The translations under genes were made by a program, and so were the position numbers. 19,735 nucleotides of DNA from Octopus sinensis (Eukaryota): assembly GCF_006345805.1 (NCBI RefSeq), contig NW_021824173.1:1-19735 (forward strand), read 5' to 3'. Positions within the stretch are counted from its first letter, which is position 1; each line of letters begins with the position of its first letter. The notes below the pieces were generated by a model, which was given only the letters and a program-made list of their open reading frames with translations, ran no database searches and had not been told where the DNA came from. Shown here piece after piece: positions 9,039-18,630 of the stretch.

Positions 9039-9097
<59 letters not shown>

Positions 9098-9406
9098 TAT
9101 AGATATATATGTATAGATATAATAGATATATATATATATATATATATTATATATTATATTATATTTAAATATATGTGCGCGCACGTTTGTGAGCATGTAT
9201 GCATAAATATACATGTCTACATGCATATATCTAGAAACATATACACATATACATATGCCTGTATACACACACTACATACATACACACACACACCACATAC
9301 ACACACACGTATGCTGGAAATCTATTTTATGAATATCCAAAAACATTCCCAAATCTTTGATGTGTCTTTTACGTCAGAGTAGTTGAAGGGAGAATATAAA
9401 TACGTG

Positions 9407-9440
<34 letters not shown>

Positions 9441-9460
9441 ATATACCACCCACACACACA

Positions 9461-9522
<62 letters not shown>

Positions 9523-9800
9523 CATATCTACATGTATAAATATATGTGTGTGTGCGCGCGGCGTGTCTGTGTATATATACATATCTATATGAATATAAAT
9601 ATGTTTGTGTGTGTAAACATATATATGTATGTGTGCGTATATGCACACATATATACAAATATATACATATTTATATGTATATATATATGTGTGTGTGTGC
9701 GTGTGCCAATGGGTATGTATACATGTATATTTATATATACATATCTACATGTATATATATGTGTGCGTGTGTGTGCGTGTGTGTGTGTGTGTGTGTGTAG
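9005..9800. repeat. Compound (TA)n/(TG)n/(CA)n microsatellite region
   Basis: Direct reading. Confidence 0.9.
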
Positions 9801-10164
9801 ACTAAAGACTAATATACGCTATAAAACAAAAGTGCCCCCTGTCAAAATACGAGATGCAGTTGCGGTGGTAGATGAGGTGGTTGTCTGCAATTTTGATGAG
9901 ATTCGGTGGTGAGGGTCGCGGTAGGGGTGTACGATTTATTGGAATCCAGTGGGAATTAGCCTTTCTCTCTTCCTCACACACCTCCCAACCTTCTCTCTCT
10001 TTCACTATACACACTGTAATATACATATGCATACATAAATATGTGTGTGTGTGTGTGTGTGTATGTAATTACTCCTTATTTCGTTTGCTTATTTGTTGTT
10101 CTTCATAATGATGTTTGCTGTAAAGATGATTGTAATAACAATAATAATAATAATAATAATAACT

Positions 10165-10440
10165 TTTGTTGTCACTGTTGTTCTTGTTGTTGTTTTGGCC
10201 GCAGTGCGGGCCCATGTTGTCTTATCTTTTAACGTGGGTGGATGACCGTCAGATGGTTGGCGCTGCCACATGTGTGGCACCATGTCTCTCCAACCTTCCC
10301 TCGATTCTTGCAGTTGGAAGTGCAATTCCTTGTCGGGTTTTCTGTCTTGTTCTTGGATTAAGACTATTCCAGAGCAGATTTTTAGACTACACAACTTGAC
10401 GCCCAGAACTGTGGCACCCTCCCCTCCCCTCACTCTCAGA
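10165..10440 (-). mobile_element. Probable RTE-type LINE 3' end fragment with (AAC)n tail
   Basis: Minus-strand peptide ELHFQLQESREGWRDMVPHMW (10266-10330 region) resembles the RTE ORF C-terminal 'LAxDRxxWRxMV' pattern, followed by AAAACAACAACAAGAACAAC. Confidence 0.45.
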
Positions 10441-10660
10441 CAACACATGGCACCAAACTACCATATATTGAACCGTTCCATTTTATTGTTTATGAAATTT
10501 ATTGCTTACTTTGCATTTTTTACAATCAAATCTCTGTTAACCCCTCACCCTACCCCACTGTTTTTGTAGAATGTCCAGTTAATTAAAATTCTTCACATCC
10601 AGAACTCTTGAGATAAATATTATCGTTGTTGTTGTTGTTGTTGTTGTTGAAAAGCAAAAT

Positions 10661-10844
10661 ACTGGGTCGCGGTAATCAACTAAGCCTGCTCCCTCCCAAG
10701 ATTTCTTGCTTCGTCGCTGGTAGAACCCGAAGTGCGTCGCAAAAAGTGCTTAGTGGCATTTCTTCTGACTCTCTACGCTCTGAGTTCCAATTCCACCGTC
10801 ATCAGCTTTGTCAATATTTCATACCTTGGGCCAAAATTTGAAGC
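10661..10844 (+). mobile_element. Rearranged family A SINE pieces: 3' fragment (10661-10715), then a head with internal deletion joined to the 3' end (10716-10844)
   Basis: CTGGGTCGCGGTAATCAACT...CTCCCTCCCAAGATT; GCTGGTAGAACC...AAAGTGCTTAGTGGCATTTCTTCTGACTCTCTACGCTCTGAGTTCCAATTCC; CCTTGGGCCAAAATTTGAAG(CTA)n. Confidence 0.75.
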
Positions 10845-11140
10845 TACTACTACTACTACAAACACTGCTGCTGCTGCTACTACTACTACTACTACTACTA
10901 TACTACTACTACTACTACTACTACTACTACAACTACCACCACCACCACTACCAGTACTACTACTACAAATGTAATTTTAATCGTCATCATCATTATCATC
11001 ACCATCATCATGGTCATCGTCATCGTCATCGTCATCGTCATCATCATCATCATCATCATCATATAAATAACATCCAAAATAACAACAACAACAACAAATA
11101 CAACAACCGCACCACGACCACCACCACCGAGAACAATAAC
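10845..11140. repeat. Compound trinucleotide array (CTA)n,(CTG)n,(CAC)n,(CAT)n,(CGTCAT)n,(AAC)n
   Basis: Direct reading. Confidence 0.9.
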
Positions 11141-11197
11141 CCCCGACATTGATCTGACACCCAATAATGCTCTGTAAATGATGGATATCTTTGCAGC

Positions 11198-11209
11198 AGT
11201 CACGTGACT
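11198..11209. promoter_or_regulatory. Perfect 12-bp palindromic E-box AGTCACGTGACT (contains the CLEAR/USF-MiT consensus GTCACGTGAC)
   Basis: Motif read directly within a unique island at 11140-11370; function unproven. Confidence 0.3.
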
Positions 11210-11474
11210 ACGATGCAGGTTCCGCTAATAACACACATGTATGCAGACATGCACTTTCTACTGCGCCTAACTGCATAACTTCGGCTCAGCGGTCGGCCTT
11301 TCTGCTGCAAATCGAATAAAGGATGAGCTCCGCAGTAACAATGGTGTGAACGCTTTATCTGCTATGGATTAATGGGTGCTGCTGCTGTTGTTGTTGTGGT
11401 TGTTGTTGTTGTTCTTTATGGTAGACTGGTGGTGCGGCGGCGGGGTATGGGTTGGATCGTAGGAATTGGGTACT

Positions 11475-11566
11475 GTATGTTGTGTGTGTGTGTGTGTGTG
11501 TGTGTTGTGTGTGTGTGTGTATGCATTCATTCATACATATATACATATATAAAAATAGACAGATAA

Positions 11567-11599
<33 letters not shown>

Positions 11600-11648
11600 C
11601 AGATATATATATATATATAATTATATAGATAGATAGATAGATAGACAG

Positions 11649-11684
<36 letters not shown>

Positions 11685-11726
11685 ATATATTATATATAAT
11701 ATAAAGAGATAGACAGATAGACACAC

Positions 11727-11762
<36 letters not shown>

Positions 11763-11784
11763 GATAGATAGAGATAGATAGATA

Positions 11785-11839
<55 letters not shown>

Positions 11840-11860
11840 TAGATATAGATATAATATATA
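11475..11860. repeat. (TG)n, (GATA)n and (TA)n microsatellites
   Basis: Direct reading. Confidence 0.9.
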
Positions 11861-12129
11861 GATATACATTTATGATGGAGTGTGAATGTATGCGTGCGTG
11901 TTCATAGGTTTATGTATGTCTGTGCGTATGTATGCGTGTGGGGCCGGTTACAGGCAGTCCTGTTGAATTATTTGCAGGAGGACTATTTCTGTCCGTCTAT
12001 CTTATCTATCTATCCATACATCATCTATCTATCGACCTATATACTTACACATGCACTCACACGCACACGCACACACACATACCCACACACACGTGCACGC
12101 ACATACCCACTTTCACAACATATAAATAC

Positions 12130-12161
<32 letters not shown>

Positions 12162-12170
12162 ACATACACA

Positions 12171-12192
12171 CACATAATATATATCATAACCA

Positions 12193-12255
<63 letters not shown>

Positions 12256-12438
12256 ATATATATATATGGTGTGACGTATATACAGAGAGAGAGAGAGAGA
12301 GAGAGAACACGATAGATAAATAGACTGATATGGTGGTAGAACGTCTATCTATATCTGTATATATCTATATCTGTGTATATATATATATATACACAGATAT
12401 AGATAGACGTCTACCACCATATCAGTCTATTTATCTAT

Positions 12439-12483
<45 letters not shown>

Positions 12484-12510
12484 TCTCCTCCCTCTGTATA
12501 TACATACACA

Positions 12511-12556
<46 letters not shown>

Positions 12557-12581
12557 TGGTGTGTATGTATTATATTATGTG
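12171..12581. repeat. Large imperfect palindrome (inverted duplication) centred on (TA)n at about 12383
   Basis: 12311-12358 GATAGATAAATAGACTGATATGGTGGTAGAACGTCTATCTATATCTGT is the reverse complement of 12393-12439 apart from one indel. Outer ATGGTGTG/(GA)n blocks mirror (TC)n/CACACCAT, and CACATAATAT mirrors ATATTATGTG. Confidence 0.85.
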
Positions 12582-12779
12582 TATATATATATATATGTGT
12601 GTGTGTATGAGTGTATGTACATATAAATATATACACACACATATATGTGTCTATATATACATACATATATATATATATGCATATGTTTATATCAATAAAT
12701 ATATTTATCCGGCTATCTATTTATCTCTATCTGCCTCTCTTCTCTTTCTCTCTCTCCCTCTCTCTCTCTCGGCCTGTCT

Positions 12780-12911
12780 CTCTTTGTGTATGTATGTATC
12801 TATCTTTCTTTCTCTCTATCTATCTATTTTTGTACCTATCTGTTTATCTATCTTTTTATCAATTTATGTATGTATGTATGTATGTATGTATGTATGTATG
12901 TTGTATGTATG

Positions 12912-12945
<34 letters not shown>

Positions 12946-13067
12946 ACTATCTTTCTTTCTCTCTCTCTATCTATCTATCTATCTATCTATCTCTCTCTAT
13001 ATCTATCTATCTATCTATCCATCTATCTAACTATCTTTCTTTCTCTCTCTCTCTCTATCTATCTATA

Positions 13068-13128
<61 letters not shown>

Positions 13129-13313
13129 GTCTATCTATCTATCTGTCTATCTGTGTGTCTATCTATCTGTCTATCTATCTGTCTATCAATCTATCTGTGT
13201 GTCTATCTATCTGTCTATCTATCTGTCTATCAATCTATCTATCTGTCTATCTACCTACCTATCTATCTACTTATCTATCTCTCTATCTGTCTATCTATCT
13301 GTCTATCTATCTA

Positions 13314-13354
<41 letters not shown>

Positions 13355-13357
13355 CTA
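12780..13357. repeat. Long (TATG)n/(TCTA)n (GATA-type) tetranucleotide array
   Basis: Direct reading; source of the spurious 300-aa and 239-aa 'IYLS' ORFs. Confidence 0.95.
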
Positions 13358-13629
13358 CCGCAGCCATTCCAGTAAACATTCAGCCACAAACAATGTTTAT
13401 AATCCAACAGAAAAGCTATTATGCCTGCAGTTTCATAATTACAAATATCGTTGTATAGGTCAGTTTGTAATGGCGGCCAGGAGAATGCCAAAGCGGGTGA
13501 CCTAGAAGCTTCTAAAGACGAGGACCAGTTGAAAAGGAGATAATCTTGTTTGAATTGATCATTCTATACACTCGTGATAGCACAAAATAATTACACACAA
13601 TCAGTAAATGTTACTGCTTGTACGAGTTT

Positions 13630-13736
13630 ATATGTGTGTGCGTATGTGTGCACGCGTGTGTGCTAACAGATATATATGTGTGTATGTGTATGTGTTAATG
13701 TAGGCATATATATATAAATACATATATTTGTAAATG

Positions 13737-13787
<51 letters not shown>

Positions 13788-13927
13788 GTATAATATCTAT
13801 ATATATGTGTGTGTATATAGTATGCAAGTGTATGTAGTATGTATGTGTATATGTATGTATGTATATATATATATATATTGTATATAATATATATATATAT
13901 ATATATATATTTATTTATATATATGTA

Positions 13928-13959
<32 letters not shown>

Positions 13960-14004
13960 TATTATATATATATATATATATAGATATATATATATACATA
14001 CATA
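13630..14004. repeat. (TG)n/(TA)n microsatellite region
   Basis: Direct reading. Confidence 0.9.
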
Positions 14005-14144
14005 TATATATGAAAAAATGAGTAGAGATGACTTTTTTGAGGATAATTGTTATTTTCATAATAATTATACAGTGGAGTCACTGTAAACATTATTCCCCAA
14101 ATAATATCCCCCAAAAAACAACTCTATTCATTGTTTCAAATATA
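14005..14144. repeat. Degenerate (TA)n-flanked fold-back with centre ACAGTG-GAGT-CACTGT
   Basis: Left arm TATATGAAAAAATGAGTAGAGATGACTTTTTTGAGGATA... versus reverse-complemented right arm TATTTGAAACAATGAATAGAGTTGTTTTTTGGGGGATA...; loop at 14075-14078. Confidence 0.7.
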
Positions 14145-14402
14145 AATATTGCACCAAGAACCTTTTTAGTTTTCTACTATATGTATATATATATATTATA
14201 TATATAATATATATATATATATATACATGCATGTCTATGTATACAGAATATATTCATATACAAATTACATAGATTGTGTACATACGTTCATTCATACATG
14301 CATATATATATATATATATTATATATATATATAAAATATTTATATATATACATGTGTGTGTGTGTGTATTCGTATTTATATATCTATTTATCTATTTATA
14401 TA

Positions 14403-15264
14403 CAGAGTGTGTGGAAAGTAACTAGGCATCAGAAATTGTTTATAGAATTTTTAGTATCACTGAAGTCATGACGACAACACTTTTTCTAAACAGACAACAC
14501 TAATGGGGATTCCTTATTTTCTTATTGTCTTTTTCCTTTTTTCTTAATTTGCAGCTGACCCGCTGCTTGGCTGTTCAGGAACGAGCTAAGATAGCACCAC
14601 GCTATGAAGTGTGGAATTCCATTGTTTTGGTTCGGAGGTAAGCATGCAACACTACGTCCAGAGACTATGAAATGTTGTCATGCAAAGCTGATGACCACGG
14701 GCTCTGTGAACGATGCAATAAGTGGCCGTCCAACTACATCCCGGTCAGTGGAGGAAATGCTTAAGTGCAGCCGGCAAAAATCAACACGTCAAGCAGCTCG
14801 TGAAAGTGGACCAACAAGACGCCCAATACGTACGGTGTTGCATAAAGAATTGAATTTTCGTCCGTGGAAACCCGATTACGAGCAGGAGCTAAAGCTTGAA
14901 GACAGTTGCTGTAAAAGTCCAGAACTCCAAGAAATCCAGATCTCACTCTATGTGTTTTTTACCTGTGGGGTTACACAAAAGAGGAGGTGTACAAAACAAA
15001 ATCCTCGCACACCGGAAGACTTGGAGACACGGATTTAGGAGGTTCGCAATGATATTCCAGACGTCGTCCTTCAGGTTGTTCTTTCTATCCTTGGCCGTTT
15101 GAGGAAACTGGTTGACCCCACCGGTGCTGACGTTGAAATTTGAACATATACTTTCATTTTCCCATGTAATAAATCCCATGTATCATTTGTTTCAATAAAT
15201 TTGTAAAAGCAATATGGAGTTTATTACCAGTTTTTAATGCCTAATTACTTTTCACCCACCCAAC
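14403..15264 (+). mobile_element. Internally deleted Tc1/mariner DNA transposon (DD41D/rosa-like) with TIRs and TA flanks
   Basis: Left TIR CAGAGTGTGTGGAAAGTAACTAGGCATCAGAAATTG matches the reverse complement of the right end GGGTGGGTGAAAAGTAATTAGGCATTAAAAACTG at 27/34 positions; TA on both sides; transposase remnants inside. Confidence 0.9.
14555..15143 (+). pseudogene. Transposase remnant: N-terminal HTH region and C-terminus; catalytic core deleted
   Basis: AVQERAKIAPRYEVWNSIV / GKHATLRPETMK..HAKLMTTGSVNDA.SGRPTTSRS..QKSTRQAARESG..IRTVLHKELNFRPWKP..QELK, joined to PRNPDLTLCVFYLWGYTKEEVYK / PRTPEDLETRI*EVRNDIP..GRLRKLVDPTGADVEI*. The WPPRSPDLTPxDFFLWG-type motif is diagnostic. Confidence 0.9.
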
Positions 15265-15394
15265 ATATATATATATATATATTTAAAAAAGGAGATGTGG
15301 AACACGAGTTGTGATATATAAAAAAGGAAATGAAGAAAATGCTGACAAAATAATTTAAGTAATTTAAGTAATTTAATTAGGTGAAAGTTCTTTT

Positions 15395-15424
15395 TACCGG
15401 TTGCGCATTTGTTATGCTTATCAA
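15395..15424 (-). ncRNA. Hammerhead-like motif, U3-A8 variant with A13C change
   Basis: Minus strand: [TTGATAA]-GCAT AACAA ATGC-[GCA]-ACCGGT-A; 4-bp helix II, palindromic helix III, weak helix I. Confidence 0.5.
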
Positions 15425-15462
15425 AAGTTTTTTCCTCTTATCTGGATAAGAGGAAAAAACTT

Positions 15463-15492
15463 TTGATAAGCAAAACAAATGCGCAACCGGTA
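15463..15492 (+). ncRNA. Hammerhead-like motif, U3-A8 variant with A13C change (mirror copy)
   Basis: [TTGATAA]-GCA AAACAAA TGC-[GCA]-ACCGGT-A. Confidence 0.5.
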
Positions 15493-15599
15493 AAAAGAAC
15501 TTTCACCTAATTAAATTACTTAAATTACTTAAATTATTTTGTCAGCATTTTCTTCATTTCCTTTTATATATATATATATATTCATATTTAAATCTGTAT

Positions 15600-16200
15600 G
15601 TTTTTTTCTTTTTCTTATCCTTCGTCGCTTTCTGCTTCTCTTTTCCATCCCTTTTCTTTCCTTCGCTTACATATAAATACATGAAATACTTGCCGCGCTT
15701 TATTTCACGAGATATTTAGATGTTTCGGTAACTATACACCTCATCAGCCGGTGAAGAGAGTTATTCACTCAGTCACACAATATATAAAGTTGTTCACATC
15801 AAGAGTAGTTGATATATAAATCGACCAGGAACAGACAAAGGAATAAAACAACTCTTTCCAACGATGGCTGCTATAGTAACTGTTAAAATATTCTTCTCGC
15901 GCGTGACAAACTAGTTTGTTCCACCACTCAACAGGTTATACCGATAGATTTATCCACAAAGCGTTTTAAAGCTCTAGTCGTCTTTTGCACGAACAAAATT
16001 ACTGACAAACAAGCTCTCAGTCTACTTTAAAACTGTTTGAAAAAATAGCTTTAAAATTGTTGTGACGTAATCGATAAGGCAGTCGTCTTGAATAAGAGTG
16101 ATGTGCAGTTCGATTGCCCTCAAAGAACTTGTGTGAATTCTGTCGCAAGTAAGTGTCTTAGACTGATTCCAATGTGTGAAATCCAATGAGGTACACTCAG
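15600..16200 (-). mobile_element. Penelope-like element 3' fragment (endonuclease C-terminus, 3' UTR, hammerhead, AATAAA)
   Basis: Minus frame 16186-16022 reads LDFTHWNQSKTLTCDRIHTSSLRAIELHITLIQDD..., resembling the PLE GIY-YIG C-terminus 'DWxNxKIL..E..H...R.IREAIEI.LH...NRDDG'. Downstream lie a CUGAUGA hammerhead and AATAAA (15704-15699). Confidence 0.55.
15704..15755 (-). ncRNA. Type I hammerhead ribozyme motif with canonical core, slightly decayed
   Basis: Minus strand: TTCACCGG-[CTGATGA]-GGTG TATAGT TACC-[GAA]-ACAT CTAA ATAT-C-TCGTGAA. One substitution in helix III (ATAT for ATGT) and one deletion in helix I separate it from a fully paired GUC-cleaving hammerhead. Confidence 0.7.
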
Positions 16201-16209
16201 AGGTGAAAT

Positions 16210-16745
16210 CGTTCAGAAATTTAGAAACGTACTACAGAAAGTAAAATTGATAATCAAAGAAGCAGAGAAGCCACTAATATGTAATAAGTGATACGCGTTT
16301 AAGAAACACCTAGCATTGACAACGACTGCAGAGTGTGCAGAACCAGCCCCACCCGCAAAAAAATGCTAAATTAAAAATGTAATGTATCTCATGAGATGCA
16401 CGGAGATGCAGTATAGGGACACCACGACAACATACATGGGAGAAATGACCCGCAGTAAAGGTGAAACGGTTGCGGAGTACTGGAGAGACTACCTTGAAAG
16501 CAAGCAAACATTCATACGCTACCAACATTCTGTACGGAAACATACTGGATCAATTAAAATGGTGAAGTATAAATAAAACTCTTCTACACATTAAAAGACC
16601 CAAAGCTGAAACAAAATACTGCGGTTGTAGTATAGGAACCGATACTCACTCTACACATGTATACGACACAAGGAATGCGTGGAGTAACAACGGCACATTA
16701 GACACAACTCGACACCATCATAATAACAGTATAAGAATGCAACAT
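16210..16745 (+). pseudogene. Penelope-like GIY-YIG endonuclease remnant
   Basis: Frame-shifted peptides EKPLI..KKHL / DCRVC (CxxC) / KNVMYLMRC...TYMGEMTRSKGETVAEYWRD / INKTLLHIKRPK match the PLE layout CxxC...NVIYxIxC...YIGETxRxLxxRxxEH...KEALHI. Confidence 0.7.
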
Positions 16746-16754
16746 ATATATATA

Positions 16755-17322
16755 TAGGGTGTCCCAAAAGTCACTGACGGGTTTCAAATTTTAATAACTT
16801 CCTTAACTTTACAAATAAATGCATGAAATTTTGACACAACATAATGGAAATTAATTTGCACAAGTCACATTTTGCAACACCACTACATCACATATGAAAA
16901 ATGACGTCGTTTAAATGGCAGCCATTTCCGGCTTCGCACGCCCGTGCTCTTTTCAAAACTTGCACCATAACACCCTCGAGATTTTCAGACCCCACTTCTC
17001 TGATTTCTCTATTGATGTTCTCCTTCAGTTGCACCAGGGTCTCCGGTTTGTTGACGTAATCCTTCTCTTTCAGGTATCCCCACAAAAAAAAAATTCGGGT
17101 TAGTCAAGTGTGGAGAACGTGAAGACCAGTTGACATTGCCGTAGCGGGAGAGATTATTCTCTCTGTAAAGCTCTGCCGTAGAAACTGCATTGTTTCCATT
17201 GTGGTATTAGCCGTTGCCCCATTTTCCTGGAACCATGTATGAGGTCTACCTTGAATGACCAGGCGCAAAACGGTCTCAACCATGGATACTTGAAAGTGAG
17301 GGTTTACTTTTGGGACACCCGA
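16755..17322 (-). mobile_element. Deleted Tc1/mariner DD41D transposon with intact TIRs and TA flanks
   Basis: TA|TAGGGTGTCCCAAAAGT ... ACTTTTGGGACACCCGA|TA inverted ends (GGGTGTCCCAAAAGT identical in both). Confidence 0.92.
16888..17283 (-). pseudogene. DD41D transposase C-terminal half (degenerate)
   Basis: TWFQENGATANTTMETMQFLRQSFTERIIS / RYGNVNWSSRSPHLTNPNFF / WGYLKEKDYVNKPETLVQLKENINREIRE...HLNDVIFHM*. After removing a 2-nt insertion, 41 residues separate the positions of the second and third catalytic D (both now N). Confidence 0.9.
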
Positions 17323-17420
<98 letters not shown>

Positions 17421-17520
17421 ATAATATATATCTATATATATATAATAATATATATATATATATATATACAATGTATATATATATATATATTATATATATA
17501 TATATGCATTTATATATAAC
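17323..17520. repeat. (TCTA)n then (TA)n microsatellite
   Basis: Direct reading. Confidence 0.9.
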
Positions 17521-18252
17521 ATTTATATATCATATATATATAAACACTGTCAAACATAAATTGATGGATCGCTGAATTTTTTTCTGTAGAGTAACATATT
17601 TTATTTTTACATTGTAAATTTTGATAGTGACTTCGATATTCCGGTGTAATGGTCTTCATTATACTCTGTAGTAAAGAAGAAGAAACCTATACTTCGAAGT
17701 AACTGCCGACATTTTCCCTTATTCCTATATTTACATACATCCATTACATTACATACACACACGCACATACATACACACACACACATAAAGGGATAGATTA
17801 TAGAGATATGCATACATACATACATACACACAGGCAGACAAACAGATAAATAGATAGATAAAAACACAGATTTTTCAGTGCGTATGTATGTATATGCAAG
17901 AATGTGTGAATGTATACATGTAGGTATGCATGCGTTATGTATGCATGTACGTATGCATACATACTTGCATAAATACAGCCATATTCGAGTATGCATGTGT
18001 GTGTGTATGTATGTATGCGTGTATACATTTGCAAATATATAAAGCTATGTATCAGCAATCCTAACCTGGCCTTAGGTGAGACAATAATCTATAGATTTAC
18101 AGAAAATGGAAATCAATAATAAACAGTATTTATTCAGGAAGTTTCTAACATTTCAAATTAAACATTATCACCTGTATTTATACACATGTATATGCATGTA
18201 TATCTATATCTATCTCTATCTGTTTATCTGTTTATCTATCTATCTATCTATA

Positions 18253-18318
<66 letters not shown>

Positions 18319-18319
<1 letters not shown>

Positions 18320-18549
18320 AGGCGGCGAGCTGGCAGAATCGTTAGCGCGCTGGACGAAATGCTTAGCAGCAATTTCGCCCGTCGCTACGTTCTGAGTTCA
18401 AAATCCGCCGGGGTCTACTTTGCCTTTCATCCTATCAGGATCGATAAAATAAGTACCAGTTGAACACTGGGGGGTTGATGTAATCGACTCGACCCCTCCT
18501 CCGAAATGGCTGCCCTTGTGGCAAAATTTGAAACCATTATTATTATTAT

Positions 18550-18550
<1 letters not shown>
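18319..18550 (+). mobile_element. Full-length, well-preserved family A SINE with (ATT)n tail
   Basis: AAGGCGGCGAGCTGGCAGAATCGTTAGC (A-box-like 18331-18341)...GTTCAAAATCC (B box 18396-18406)...GATAAAATAAGTACCAGTTGAACACTGG...GTAATCGACTC...GGCAAAATTTGAAACC(ATT)n. Confidence 0.93.
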
Positions 18551-18586
<36 letters not shown>

Positions 18587-18587
18587 C

Positions 18588-18630
18588 AGGTAGGGAGCCG
18601 GCAGAATCGTTTGCACGCCGGGCAAAATGG
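18588..18630 (+). mobile_element. Truncated family A SINE head
   Basis: AGGTAGGGAGCCGGCAGAATCGTTTGCACGCCGGGCAAAATG. Confidence 0.8.

Larger units (their letters stand above)
15322..15565. mobile_element. Near-perfect 244-bp palindrome (121-bp arms, 1 mismatch, 2-nt centre) between (TA)n tracts; probably Penelope-like pLTR-derived fold-back
   Basis: Arms 15322-15442 and 15445-15565 are exact reverse complements except 15414/15473. Each arm contains a TAATTTAAG 9-mer tandem and a hammerhead-like core. Confidence 0.9.

Noticed and set aside
12556-13505. 300-aa and 239-aa ORFs
   Set aside because: Pure translations of (TCTA)n/(TATG)n/(TA)n repeats (IYLS, MYVC), which lack stop codons in these frames.
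13470-13545. ATGGCGGCC (YY1-like) and TTGAAAAGG (hammerhead-like 5' core)
   Set aside because: The motif is isolated, and there is no GAAA half-core or helix III after TTGAAAA.
14686-14700. CTGATGA heptamer
   Set aside because: Lies in transposase coding remnant (KLMT) with no helix II or GAAA following.
17600-17690. Possible minus-strand mini-exon (TTTCTTCTTCTTTACTACAG acceptor, GTAAAA donor)
   Set aside because: Weak donor and an unrecognisable peptide.
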